Positions 49,676 through 59,904 of a DNA stretch of 64,000 nucleotides are shown here, one piece after another (position 1 is the first letter of the stretch; each line of letters starts with the position of its first letter). This stretch comes from Candidatus Heimdallarchaeota archaeon (GTDB lineage Archaea > Asgardarchaeota > Heimdallarchaeia > JABLTI01). The translations under genes were made by a program, and so were the position numbers. The stretch is from positions 35,570 through 99,569 of the forward strand of contig JAHLVW010000083.1 in assembly GCA_019058275.1 (NCBI GenBank), written 5' to 3'. The notes beneath the pieces were generated by a model. The model was not told where the DNA came from and made no database searches. It was given only the letters and a program-made list of their open reading frames with translations.

Positions 49676-50269
49676 CTAAAATGTTTTTGATTTTGTTATG
49701 TCTTGATTTATATCATTAATTTCTGTGATAAAGCTCTCACCTATCCTTCTGGTTAAGCTTTCTAAATCAACATCTTTATTCAAATCCTTTAAACCGATTG
49801 CTTTAACATATTCTGGTACACCTGAGGATACAATATTCAAGCCAAAATGGATTTTTGAGGAGCTATTAGAGCTAGTAGCAATTGCTACATTTAGTTTTCT
49901 TTCTTTATGATAAAGATCTGTTCCTTTCTTTTCAAGATTAATATTGAATTCTTTTTCAACAATCCTTTGAACAATAAACGCTAGGAGATGTAACCTATGA
50001 TAAGCAACTTTCAGATTTGAGGGTTGATCATCAAACATCTCGATAATAAAATGTATGCAATCATCACCAGAAATGAGGATATCAGCTAAATCCTTTTCCC
50101 TAGTAATATCTTTGATATCTATCATTTCTTCCTTCGGAACTTTCATACTACCTCTAAAGATTACCATAGAACTTCCTGAAACCTCAAATTTGCTTAATGC
50201 CCAAAGTGGTCTTATTTGTGTTCCATCATAGCATTCCTTTTTTGCAAAGTCGCTTACTATTAACTCTAT
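49676..50269 (-). CDS. DUF366 family protein (extends upstream of the track ORF; probable ATA start)
   Basis: The open frame continues upstream through YDGTQIRPLWA to ATA at 50269, behind a GGTGG RBS; also FRGSM, GTDLY, IHFGLN. Confidence 0.8.
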   Translation of the reverse strand: MELIVSDFAKKECYDGTQIRPLWALSKFEVSGSSMVIFRGSMKVPKEEMIDIKDITREKDLADILISGDDCIHFIIEMFDDQPSNLKVAYHRLHLLAFIVQRIVEKEFNINLEKKGTDLYHKERKLNVAIATSSNSSSKIHFGLNIVSSGVPEYVKAIGLKDLNKDVDLESLTRRIGESFITEINDINQDITKSKTF

Positions 50270-50392
50270 TTTTTATCCCACCATTCTTTATTTCCTATTT
50301 ATGAACTGTTTCAGTTTATATCTAAATAAATGTAATTTTCATTTAATTAAAGATTGCTTAAAATTTTGTTTACCATAGCATTCTTTGTAAAA

Positions 50393-51517
50393 TCATAATA
50401 ATTGTTCAGCTTTTTCAACTTTCATTAATGAAAAGTCTCGAGATGCTTCTTCTTGCACAATTAATTCCTTCCAAAGATCATAACAAGAACAAGTTATGCT
50501 ATCGAATAGAAAAGCTTCTTGCTTTAGGGAGTAGTCTTGAATCGCTCTTGCAAAATCTCTATTGCACTTTCGACAATTATGAATACTGCGAGATAATCCT
50601 GAGCTAGATGGATCACTAACAATACGGTCAACTTTATTTTCTAGATTTTCTTTATTAATTTGGAACCATATTCTCTGAATTGCTTCTTTTAGGCTCCAAA
50701 ACCATGGTGGATGATAGATATCATTTCGCCATAGATAGTAAACAAATGTTCCAGTTTGAATATTGACAGGATTAATTGATATAGACCTTGAGCCTAATTT
50801 TATAGCTACTAATGTAGATTGCACAATATCATCAATCGCTTCCTTTTCTGTTAAAAATGGAGGTTTCATCAAAAGATATGTTTTAACTCGTATATCTTCC
50901 TTTATTGCAATATCTACTGCTTTAACGAAATCATTGAATAGAAAGCCTTTATTGATATTATTAATTCTGATGAAGTCATTACTTGATTCCAAACCGATGC
51001 CTATTTCCAATTCCTTATCTTTGTTCAAATTAGATTTTAATCGTTTCAAAACGCTCTTTTGAACAAATTCAGGTCTCGATTCAATGATAACTTCTGTCAC
51101 TTCATTAAAATCATTAATTAGAGATAAAATACCATTTTGTGCTTCAATTGGAATCTCAATTTCATCAAGAAAGCTTCCTGAATTAAATATTTTAATAGAT
51201 TGAAACTCCTTTTTCTCAAAAATTTCTAATCCCTTTAGAAATTGCTTTATTAGGTTTTCAGCAGTTATATCAGATGAGGTTTCGTTTGAATAACCACACA
51301 TACTACAACCACCATCTTTTCCTAACCCCCACTTACAACCTTTGGAATTCAAGATAATGACAAACGCTTTCCCTTGCTTCTTTATCAAACGATCATCTTC
51401 AATCCAAGTAGCAATAGCTTTGTTTGGATTTCGATCTTTACGTTCTCGTAGTGATTTTTCTCTTAAATTGCAGATCTGTTCAGCAAAGATTCCTTTTGTA
51501 TCCATTTTATCTATCAT
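50393..51517 (-). CDS. raSEA: Archaeosine biosynthesis radical SAM protein
   Basis: GCKW...GGCSMCGY, KIFNSGSFLD, IESRPEF, YLLMKPPFL, PPWFWS, HNCRKC; adjacent to arcS. Confidence 0.92.
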   Translation of the reverse strand: MIDKMDTKGIFAEQICNLREKSLRERKDRNPNKAIATWIEDDRLIKKQGKAFVIILNSKGCKWGLGKDGGCSMCGYSNETSSDITAENLIKQFLKGLEIFEKKEFQSIKIFNSGSFLDEIEIPIEAQNGILSLINDFNEVTEVIIESRPEFVQKSVLKRLKSNLNKDKELEIGIGLESSNDFIRINNINKGFLFNDFVKAVDIAIKEDIRVKTYLLMKPPFLTEKEAIDDIVQSTLVAIKLGSRSISINPVNIQTGTFVYYLWRNDIYHPPWFWSLKEAIQRIWFQINKENLENKVDRIVSDPSSSGLSRSIHNCRKCNRDFARAIQDYSLKQEAFLFDSITCSCYDLWKELIVQEEASRDFSLMKVEKAEQLL

Positions 51518-51531
51518 CCTTTGATTATCAT

Positions 51532-53460
51532 TTACACCTTTTGTTTAATTTTCACTACGGGACCACTTCTCATATGTTTCATATCAAAACCAGAAACTAA
51601 AGCTTGTCCAACTCCTACAAGTTCTTTATCAACATTCAAAACTACCACAGCATCTGAGGGTCTAATATCCAAATCTGCGTCAACCACGCCAACAGCAAAA
51701 AGTGTTGATCCTTGTAATTCCTTGCCTTCAAAAATCACATGATATTTTGGCTTCTTAGCTAAAACATTACCAGTTTCTATTGACAATGTTAGTTGCCCTG
51801 TTTCTTGATGTATAACACCTAATTGTTTTCTTTCTCGCATTACTAGAAGTGGCTGTCTTGGTTTTCCTCTGAGCCTACATTTCTCATTAAATAATCCCTC
51901 TCCAATACCTAAACCAAATTGATAATCTGCAATTGTACGTATTTTATCGACATCGGAATAATTTGTTATTGGAGGTAATTTTTCTAATAGTTTACTTAGT
52001 TCCTTTGATAAATCTGACAGACTTATTTGAGATGTTGCTTTGCTTTTTAACGAAGTATATTTGAACTTCATTTTAAGGTTCTTTTCAGTTTCTTCGCATA
52101 ATTCGATATATTCATCACTAACATGTGCAATAACAGTCATCTTTAATTTCTTTGCTTTTTCTAATACACCAGTTAATTGATATACAGCAATTTCCTTTTC
52201 TTCAAAACTCCAATCACCAGTTACAGGAATATCATAGTGAGCTGCAGGATAAACGGTTTCTAATTCTCTAGGGATTACACCTAGAGGAGATGTTAAAATC
52301 AGTTCTTGTATGTATCCTCCTTTCCTTTTATCTAAAGAATCTAGTGTATTCAGGAATTTCTTATGACTTTTAGATTGGGAATATGGTTTCCTAGCAGAGC
52401 ACGGAAATATGACAACAATTTTCTTTTTGTCAGGAATTTTGTATCTATCAAGCATTCTTCTTTGAAATCCTTGTATAGCCGGTCGATAAAAACTATAGGT
52501 AGTAATATGGTTGATTGGTGCTGTTTGCCAAGTTGCTGTTCTCGAGATAAATAAGTCAGAATAATATTTATCAAGTAATCGTAGTGCTGTTCCACTAAAT
52601 ACATTTGAATGAACCATCTGTTCTATATAACTTCTTAACTCTTGATTGCGTATCGCATTACGGATTTCTCTTATCTTTTTAGCTAGCATCATTTTGTTAT
52701 GTTTCTCTAAAAATGTGCTATTGGAGTTTTGTGGATCTTTTTTCAGCAAGTTAGTGATTTTGTCTACACTAGTACATGCTTCGCAAAAACAAGGTAACTC
52801 TTTAATTCTATCTAGCTGTTTACCTGAAAAATCAGTAAGGTAAAAGGATTGCTTGGCAGCAATTTTAGCGAAATCTGTATTAAAAACATCAATACCAGCA
52901 TAAGCAAATATTGGTATAAAAGTATGAGGAATAGGTGACAGAAGATACAATATTGTATCAATTGGCAACTGCTCTTTTATTGTTCCAAGAAAAGTAGTTG
53001 CTTGTCTTGGCCTGTTTAGTAAGGGGAGGAAATTTGTTATTGCAATATTTCTTATCTCAAAATCAGATATTATTTGTAAAACTTGTTTCAACGTCTCATT
53101 TGAGTCAGTTGGCTGAATAGTTATAGCAACCTTTTCTATGTTGAGAGATTCAATTATTTTTGGAAGTGCTTCTTTTGTTGCACTTAGATGCCTATCAATG
53201 ATTGATTTATCTACAGTTTTATGCATGAAAATGTTAGCTACATTGGCATAATCATCTACAAATTTCTCGGAGGAATTAGGTTTGATACTACTTTGAGGAA
53301 TATTCATGGTAAAATAATTATCCTCTTCACCTATTTGCCAAAAGATTCTTTCTCCACTTTTGTTAACAGTCATTGTTGTCGGAATTTCAATTTGCTTATC
53401 TTTGTCTTTAATTTTAGCTAATTTAGCAAAACCTGAAGAGACTGTGAGTTGGAATTTCAT
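51532..53460 (-). CDS. arcS: Archaeosine synthase subunit alpha
   Basis: TGT-like N-terminal part, PCSARKPYSQSKSH, TSPLGVIPRELE, YDIPVTGDW, C-terminal PUA. Confidence 0.93.
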   Translation of the reverse strand: MKFQLTVSSGFAKLAKIKDKDKQIEIPTTMTVNKSGERIFWQIGEEDNYFTMNIPQSSIKPNSSEKFVDDYANVANIFMHKTVDKSIIDRHLSATKEALPKIIESLNIEKVAITIQPTDSNETLKQVLQIISDFEIRNIAITNFLPLLNRPRQATTFLGTIKEQLPIDTILYLLSPIPHTFIPIFAYAGIDVFNTDFAKIAAKQSFYLTDFSGKQLDRIKELPCFCEACTSVDKITNLLKKDPQNSNSTFLEKHNKMMLAKKIREIRNAIRNQELRSYIEQMVHSNVFSGTALRLLDKYYSDLFISRTATWQTAPINHITTYSFYRPAIQGFQRRMLDRYKIPDKKKIVVIFPCSARKPYSQSKSHKKFLNTLDSLDKRKGGYIQELILTSPLGVIPRELETVYPAAHYDIPVTGDWSFEEKEIAVYQLTGVLEKAKKLKMTVIAHVSDEYIELCEETEKNLKMKFKYTSLKSKATSQISLSDLSKELSKLLEKLPPITNYSDVDKIRTIADYQFGLGIGEGLFNEKCRLRGKPRQPLLVMRERKQLGVIHQETGQLTLSIETGNVLAKKPKYHVIFEGKELQGSTLFAVGVVDADLDIRPSDAVVVLNVDKELVGVGQALVSGFDMKHMRSGPVVKIKQKV

Positions 53461-53606
53461 ACCTAAGTATCAACCTTTTTTTCAACAATAGTGAAAACGA
53501 GGAGAGATTTAGCTTAAGTAATTTATGATTATATTCACTCAAAAAAAACAATTTTCAATGAAATAAATGGAAAGAAAATCCTTGAGAGATACTATTAACT
53601 GCTAAA

Positions 53607-54341
53607 TCATTTTTCTTCGTTCATTTTTACTCCACAATGGATACAAAACTCGCTCTTTCCATGTGGAAGTTTTTTACCACATTGTGAACAGAAGTTTGTA
53701 AATTCAGCCATAGGTCCAAACATTTTCAGACCAGTCATTATAGAATAATTAGCCAAATCTATTAACTGGGGTAGAGCTACTTCCATTCTCCTTAGCTTAC
53801 CATGTGTTGGTGAGGTAGCTTCTTCAGATACTGTTGTTAGTACAATGAATTTTGTGTTTATCAAGTCAGTAGGGATTTCAATAGGTGCATCTCTTTGTGA
53901 TCCAGCTTTATTGTAGATAGTAAAACCTTCCAAACATTTCAAATCATCAATAAGATCAACTAAAATGCTTTGAATCATAGAGCTTTCGCCTAATACTTTG
54001 ACAAAAGTTTCAGGTTTCCCTCTAAGTGAGAATTGTGTTGGTTCTACAGAGTTAATTTGTAATGTTGCATGTGCACCCTCTCCTGAAACTGACATTCTTT
54101 CTTTTGAAATCCAAACAAATGTATAATGTGTTAAGCCATCAGAAGATGCTTTCTTTGGTAGAGTGAGAGCAATCACTCCATCCATATCCAATCCTCTAAG
54201 GAAGAATGCTCCTAATGGGACCATATTTTTCTTTCTACCCTCTTCTTCAATTATTCTTCTTAAAGGATAATCACTTGGTATTTGCCTACCTATACAATAT
54301 GATACAAGCTTTACAAATTTGTCTTTGTTTAGCAACAGCAC
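53607..54341 (-). CDS. Hypothetical protein with a C-terminal zinc ribbon
   Basis: FCSQCG...FCIHCG. Confidence 0.7.
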   Translation of the reverse strand: MLLLNKDKFVKLVSYCIGRQIPSDYPLRRIIEEEGRKKNMVPLGAFFLRGLDMDGVIALTLPKKASSDGLTHYTFVWISKERMSVSGEGAHATLQINSVEPTQFSLRGKPETFVKVLGESSMIQSILVDLIDDLKCLEGFTIYNKAGSQRDAPIEIPTDLINTKFIVLTTVSEEATSPTHGKLRRMEVALPQLIDLANYSIMTGLKMFGPMAEFTNFCSQCGKKLPHGKSEFCIHCGVKMNEEK

Positions 54342-54554
54342 CTTTTAACACACCCAAGGTTATTCTACTATTATTTGCAAAATACTAAGAACCATTCTAT
54401 GCTAAAAAGTATACTAAATAGATTTTTATGCAATTTCATCAATCTTTTTTATTAGCATACTTTTTATTTGATTAATTTACAGAAAAGTATTTAGTAAAAT
54501 TAAATTCTAAAGGACAAGTATCAAAAGATGATAAACTATTACAATATTGAATGA

Positions 54555-55778
54555 TTGGGTGGAATAAATCTGATAGAAGGCATTAGTGATAAAATTAAGT
54601 TGCTTAGAGATAAGTATCAATTTAATTATGAATTTATTAAACGCTTGAGTTTCTATTATGGCTATATGAGAACTGAGAACCTTATCCAGAGTCTTAAAAC
54701 ACATACATCTACAATTTCAGTTAGAGTAAACACCCAATTTACAACAGCAGCTAAACTTCTTGAAGCGTTTGTTGAAAAAGATATCCCCGCTAAACAACAC
54801 CCAGTATTAAAAGAAGCAATTCTTATAGACATTAATGAAGCATCATCGATCCCACGTAAAGATAAAGTAGCTACTTTGAACTATTATAGATCTGTTAACA
54901 AAGTTCTACTTGGTTCAGGATTAGGAGCAAAAGATTTCATTGTACCCGATGATGTTAATTTTGGAGACGAAATATCTCTTATCGATAAGAAAGATAATGT
55001 TGTTGCTAATGGAATCTTAATGATGGGTGTAGATGAAATCAATGCTAAGAAAAAGGGTGTTGCCATAAAAATAACAGATAGCAAGTATAAAGTACCAAAT
55101 CTTAATGGCTTGAAAGAATTCTTACGAGGTCATTTCATTATTCAAACCATACCAAACATGCTTATTGGGTTAATGGTTAATCTCAAACCTAAAGATCGTC
55201 TTATGGATATGATTACCAGAAACGGAGATATTTTATCTCATATTTGGCAGAGAAACTCAAAAATTGATTCAAAAATAATTGCTATAGATAATTCTGCTCA
55301 TAGGTTATCTAAATTTGATGAGACTATAAAGCGATTACGAATGTATAAAGCCCCTATTGAAAAAATGCAGCTGAATATGAGGACATTTGCTCAGAAATTT
55401 AGTAAAGATGAAACATTCGATTGGATAATAATTAATCCAACTTCATCTGAAACGGGATTACGACCTAAGATTTTTGAGGACGTTGACGAAAAAAATATTC
55501 TTGAAATGGTTGTAACACAGAAAGAATTCATGGAACATGCTGCAAGATTGATTAAAAGGGGAGGTACAATTTTCTATATTACTTCAAGCATAGATCCAGC
55601 AGAGAATGAAGAGATAATTAGTTATGCTGTTGATGAATTAGAATTATCTATAGATGAACAGGAAATCTTTCTTGGAGATAAGTGTCAATCTACATTTGAG
55701 GGGTCAGAATTATTACAATATTTCTTCCCAGATAAACATGACACACCGGGACAGTTCATAGCAAAATTAACCAAATAG
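54555..55778 (+). CDS. RsmB/NOP2/NSUN6-like RNA m5C methyltransferase homolog with a PUA-like domain, apparently catalytically degenerate
   Basis: VRVNT, GLRPK, ENEEII, FFPDKHDTPGQFIAKL; both catalytic Cys are missing. Confidence 0.8.
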   Translation: MGGINLIEGISDKIKLLRDKYQFNYEFIKRLSFYYGYMRTENLIQSLKTHTSTISVRVNTQFTTAAKLLEAFVEKDIPAKQHPVLKEAILIDINEASSIPRKDKVATLNYYRSVNKVLLGSGLGAKDFIVPDDVNFGDEISLIDKKDNVVANGILMMGVDEINAKKKGVAIKITDSKYKVPNLNGLKEFLRGHFIIQTIPNMLIGLMVNLKPKDRLMDMITRNGDILSHIWQRNSKIDSKIIAIDNSAHRLSKFDETIKRLRMYKAPIEKMQLNMRTFAQKFSKDETFDWIIINPTSSETGLRPKIFEDVDEKNILEMVVTQKEFMEHAARLIKRGGTIFYITSSIDPAENEEIISYAVDELELSIDEQEIFLGDKCQSTFEGSELLQYFFPDKHDTPGQFIAKLTK

Positions 55779-55793
55779 TATTGGGAGAATAGT

Positions 55794-56459
55794 TTGATGA
55801 GTAAAATTGTTGTAGGTGCTGATGAAGCAGGAAGAGGATTAATAATAGGTCCAATGGTTATTGGTGCGAGTGCCATAGACAATTCTATAGCTGATAACTT
55901 TCGTCAACTAGGAATAAAGGATAGTAAAAAATACACTTCTGTTAGAAAAATAGATGAACATGCAAATGCAATTAAAAAAACTTCATTTGCTTGGTCAGTA
56001 AAAGTTCTTTCTGCAGAGGTTCTGAATAATTTTAATAAAAACGGTATGACTATGGATGAAGCAGAAGCTTTTGCGTTCTTTAGAGCAATAGAGGAAATTG
56101 TCAAGAAAGTTAAGGGTGTTCAAGAATACCAAGTTGACAATTTTCAAGCTGTTGCTAGATTGAAATCTTTGTTAAAGAAGAATAATTCAACTAGACACAT
56201 TAAATTAATTGTAATGCCAAAAGCTGAAAGTAAATATATTGCAGTAAGTGCTGGTTCTATACTTGCTAGATCAAAATCTCTTCATGAATTATCAAATATC
56301 AGAAACAAGTACGGTAATTTTGGGTCTGGAAGCACTAATGATATAAAAACGATTAATTGGTTGAAACAATATTATAGAGAGAACCAAAAGTGGCCTTCCA
56401 AAATTGTTCGAACACATTGGAAAACAATAGATCGCTTAGAGAGGGAAATTAAATTTTAA
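55794..56459 (+). CDS. rnhB: Ribonuclease HII
   Basis: GADEAGRG, GPMV, GIKDSKK, KAE...VSAGSILA, FGSG, VRTHW. Confidence 0.95.
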   Translation: MMSKIVVGADEAGRGLIIGPMVIGASAIDNSIADNFRQLGIKDSKKYTSVRKIDEHANAIKKTSFAWSVKVLSAEVLNNFNKNGMTMDEAEAFAFFRAIEEIVKKVKGVQEYQVDNFQAVARLKSLLKKNNSTRHIKLIVMPKAESKYIAVSAGSILARSKSLHELSNIRNKYGNFGSGSTNDIKTINWLKQYYRENQKWPSKIVRTHWKTIDRLEREIKF

Positions 56460-56486
56460 AACTAGGAAGGAAGAATTACATGATGT

Positions 56487-57194
56487 TTAAATCATGTAAT
56501 CAAAAGTTATTCCAATTTCGTCCCATTCAACATCAATCTTTTTCAATTCGTTTAATGTCTTATTTAAATCATCAGCTTTTTCTATTGAGATTATAGAGCC
56601 AAATGCAATGGGATCATTTCGTGGCAAGTTATCAAAATCTGTTTCACTTTCAACAATATGTGACTCAAGGTTATCATTATCTTTAAAAAATAATTGATTC
56701 ATTAACACATTTAATTTGGGACTTTTCTTTATGTTACCCAGAATTAATTTTGCTTCATTGAATGATGAGATTTCTCTATCAGCTTTAATTTCACTTGGTT
56801 TTAGATCCTTCTTTACCAATGTAGGTATAATCCATTGGTCAATTGTCGAGACAACTTGCTCGAGTAATTCAGCTTTATTTGCTTTTGAAAATGTTATTGC
56901 TTTTTCTAGGAAATCTTCTGCAATCTCAGATTTCCTAAATTTAGGAAGAATGCCAATTTCTTGAATGGTAGCGATTTTAGTATCTACAGCTTCTATATAA
57001 TCAGCAACCACAAAAGCATAACCGACTGGTTTGTCCGCATCATAAGCAACCAGAAAGATTTTGTTTTCATGTGGTATTTTAACAAGCTGTAACAAATCTT
57101 CAGCTAACCATATGCCTTCAAAGCATTTGCTTACAATTGAAGAAACTTCTTTGTAAAGCTTATCAGGTCTTCCTTGCACAATTTTTATTGCCAT
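56487..57194 (-). CDS. GNAT-fold protein with an extra C-terminal domain
   Basis: FLVAYDADKPVGYA, IQEIGILPKFRKSEIA. Confidence 0.7.
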   Translation of the reverse strand: MAIKIVQGRPDKLYKEVSSIVSKCFEGIWLAEDLLQLVKIPHENKIFLVAYDADKPVGYAFVVADYIEAVDTKIATIQEIGILPKFRKSEIAEDFLEKAITFSKANKAELLEQVVSTIDQWIIPTLVKKDLKPSEIKADREISSFNEAKLILGNIKKSPKLNVLMNQLFFKDNDNLESHIVESETDFDNLPRNDPIAFGSIISIEKADDLNKTLNELKKIDVEWDEIGITFDYMI

Positions 57195-57290
57195 TTTTCC
57201 TTCCTCGGTATGGATATCTTTATTCCTTAAAATTCTAGGTCACAATGGAGTATAAATACATGTTCAAAGAACAGCAATATGGCTTTTCTG

Positions 57291-58331
57291 TTAAATTTTT
57301 AAGAAGAATTCATTTTTTAGTGTCCCCAATGTCAATTGATAATATTCCCTTTTTCCGTTGATTTTTACTGTTTCTAATTTCCCTCTTACATTCACCTTAT
57401 CGTTTTCTTTTGCAATATCAGCATATCGTCCTCTTACAGAGAATATCCGATTGGGTATACAATCTATTGTCTTTGATTTGGTTTTTACTTCAACTTCCTT
57501 TAGATTGTAAATACATGGTGTAAAAATAGAAAGTTCGTCATTTGCTATTGTAGCTTCGATTTCTAACTCACCCAGAGAACGAATTTCTGTGTGTTGATAA
57601 GGTTCGTAATACTCATCAGGTAATAAAACTAGCCTAATGTAAAAATCTCTGCTCGAGATAGTTCCTTGTAATCGTTTATCCTTTTCTAGGTCATAAAATG
57701 AATTATAATCAATTTGGTTTTGTTGTCCCCTTTGATTCCATAAAGACTCTAATTCAGTCTTTGAATACCTACTCACTTTAAAACATGAATCAAAAATCTC
57801 TGGCATGTTTTGATAAATTGCTTGACCGTTTTTCCTTCCGTAAACTACTAAATCAATATCTGATTTTTCATTATGCAAGTCAACCAGAATGGACCCAGAT
57901 ATACCAATATTCTCTAGTTTTACATTACTATATTCTTCAATCTGAGTTGCCAATTCAAGTGCTATTTTCTCTAATTTATCCAACTTCTGTAAATCTTCTT
58001 CGACTAATCCCTTCATCTTTAGTAGTGGATTGTAAATTGTTTGAATTCTATCTTTCAGAACTGCTTGGAGGGATCCTCTTCCTTTTGGATCATCAAACAA
58101 GTAATCTGGGAATTTTTTCTTCAGAAAAGCATAACGTTCATCCAAATCATACAATTTTCTGTATCCAGTAGGTGAATCTGTTTTATCTAATTTAAAATAC
58201 TTCACTGGTATATATCTTACAAAAGCAATTACTCGATCATCTGGATGACTTATGCCTTTGACGTCAAAAATCATTTTCTCTTTTGAACTAATGAAAAAAC
58301 CTTCGATGGGATTTAGAATACTTTGGTTCAA
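57291..58331 (-). CDS. Archaeal predicted nucleotidyltransferase (COG1665-like)
   Basis: FDVKGISHP, AFVRY, IGISGSILV...SDIDLVVYG, C-terminal OB-like VRGKLE. Confidence 0.82.
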   Translation of the reverse strand: MNQSILNPIEGFFISSKEKMIFDVKGISHPDDRVIAFVRYIPVKYFKLDKTDSPTGYRKLYDLDERYAFLKKKFPDYLFDDPKGRGSLQAVLKDRIQTIYNPLLKMKGLVEEDLQKLDKLEKIALELATQIEEYSNVKLENIGISGSILVDLHNEKSDIDLVVYGRKNGQAIYQNMPEIFDSCFKVSRYSKTELESLWNQRGQQNQIDYNSFYDLEKDKRLQGTISSRDFYIRLVLLPDEYYEPYQHTEIRSLGELEIEATIANDELSIFTPCIYNLKEVEVKTKSKTIDCIPNRIFSVRGRYADIAKENDKVNVRGKLETVKINGKREYYQLTLGTLKNEFFLKI

Positions 58332-58364
58332 ATTTCTACAACCAACTTTAGCAAATTCTTACTT

Positions 58365-59009
58365 TCATTCTATTTCAGAAGAGATTTTCTCTAGAATTTT
58401 ATCAACTAATTGATTATATATTAGATTGTCAAAAGATACTCTTTCAATTACATTTGCGTGATATTTTATCAATTCCATTAACCTTATGACTTCAGGTGAG
58501 GTAGAACCTTTAGTTTTGGAGAAATGTAAAACTCTAGTTGTATGTATTAATATTTCAAGTAAAGATGAAAATGCTCTTGTATAAGGGGGGTAAAAATCTT
58601 CTTTAATTTGGAATTGAACAATTTTGCATTCGAATATTGCTCTTTCTAGTTCAATCTTCTCGTTTTTTACTTCAGCTATGATATATCTGTTTATGCATTC
58701 CTTTAATACTGGAGCACTTATTTTAGTTATTTTTTTGAATGATTCTTCAGGCAATTCATCTTGAAACAACGCACAAATTACAAAGAGTTCTGGATTACAA
58801 GTGAAATTAATCACACAGATTTTTGACTGATGCATGTTTTGATAGGTATCTGTCTGAAAAAATGCTCGAAGTATTAAATCACCATTACTATCGATTGAGA
58901 TACCCATAGGAGCAGCATTTGGTTTTCCTTTCTCATCGAATGTTGATACTATAGTTTCATAAATAATCCCTTTTTCTAATGGTAATCCTTTCATTGATAT
59001 CCTTCCCAT
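58365..59009 (-). CDS. DUF447 family protein (split-barrel, methanopterin-linked)
   Basis: IYETIVST...PNAAPMGI...TDTYQN...VINF. Confidence 0.85.
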   Translation of the reverse strand: MGRISMKGLPLEKGIIYETIVSTFDEKGKPNAAPMGISIDSNGDLILRAFFQTDTYQNMHQSKICVINFTCNPELFVICALFQDELPEESFKKITKISAPVLKECINRYIIAEVKNEKIELERAIFECKIVQFQIKEDFYPPYTRAFSSLLEILIHTTRVLHFSKTKGSTSPEVIRLMELIKYHANVIERVSFDNLIYNQLVDKILEKISSEIE

Positions 59010-59081
59010 TAAAATAACTTATATTAATCATAATAATTTATTTGAATATAGTATAGTGCATGTGAAATTTCTAGCACTAGG

Positions 59082-59903
59082 ATGCTGACAATGCAACAAT
59101 TTGTTCAACTTTCTAAAAAAGATTACTTACAAATTTGTTCATTATTAGATATAGATCCAGATACTGATCTTAACGCTAGGAAATCCTTACATGAAAAAGT
59201 CAATCGAAAGAATGTAAAAACCACTTTGAAAGAATTATCTAAAAGAATTAAGGATAAAACAGCTATCATTTTTGGAGCAGGACCTTCTCTCGTTAATGAC
59301 ATCTCTGATGTTTCTCCTCTAATAAGAAAATATCCAAATGAGATTGTAGTTATAGCTGTCGATGGAGCAGTAAAAGCTCTTCTTGAGTGTGATTTGAAAG
59401 TGGACATTGTTGTTACAGATTTAGATGGCAGCATACCAGCTATAAGAGAAAGCCATACTAAAAATGCTATTATTATTATCCATGCTCATGGAGATAACAT
59501 CCCAAAAGTAAATTCAATCTCAGACTTACTACCAAAAATGGGTATAATAGGTACAACACAGACTACGAAAACTTCCAAAGTTTGGAATCTAGGTGGTTTT
59601 ACAGATGGGGACAGAGCAGTTTATACTGCAGCAAATATGTATGCAAAAAGGATAGTACTTTTTGGTTTTGATTTTGGTAAAATAATTGGTAGATATTCTA
59701 AACCCGAAAATTATAATGAAGACTTTCCAGCATCTGAAAACAAACTAATCAAATTTAAAATTGCTAAGAAATTATTGGCTCAACTTCCTGAAAAATTCTT
59801 GTTTACTGAATTCTTTCAATATACAGAAAAGGGAGAGAAAATTGAGAATATCCTGCAAATTGGTATGACTAAACTAAAAGAAATTTTGAATGTTAAGCAT
59901 TGA
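59082..59903 (+). CDS. mptE: 6-hydroxymethyl-7,8-dihydropterin pyrophosphokinase
   Basis: FGAGPSL, IAVDGA, VVTDLDG, HAHGDN, GGFTDGDRA, GFDFG. Confidence 0.92.
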   Translation: MLTMQQFVQLSKKDYLQICSLLDIDPDTDLNARKSLHEKVNRKNVKTTLKELSKRIKDKTAIIFGAGPSLVNDISDVSPLIRKYPNEIVVIAVDGAVKALLECDLKVDIVVTDLDGSIPAIRESHTKNAIIIIHAHGDNIPKVNSISDLLPKMGIIGTTQTTKTSKVWNLGGFTDGDRAVYTAANMYAKRIVLFGFDFGKIIGRYSKPENYNEDFPASENKLIKFKIAKKLLAQLPEKFLFTEFFQYTEKGEKIENILQIGMTKLKEILNVKH

Positions 59904-59904
59904 A

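Noticed and set aside
49209-53460. Dpd-type 7-deazaguanine DNA modification or defence island
   Set aside because: The genes match tRNA archaeosine synthesis (ArcS with PUA, RaSEA); no dpdA/B/C-like genes are present
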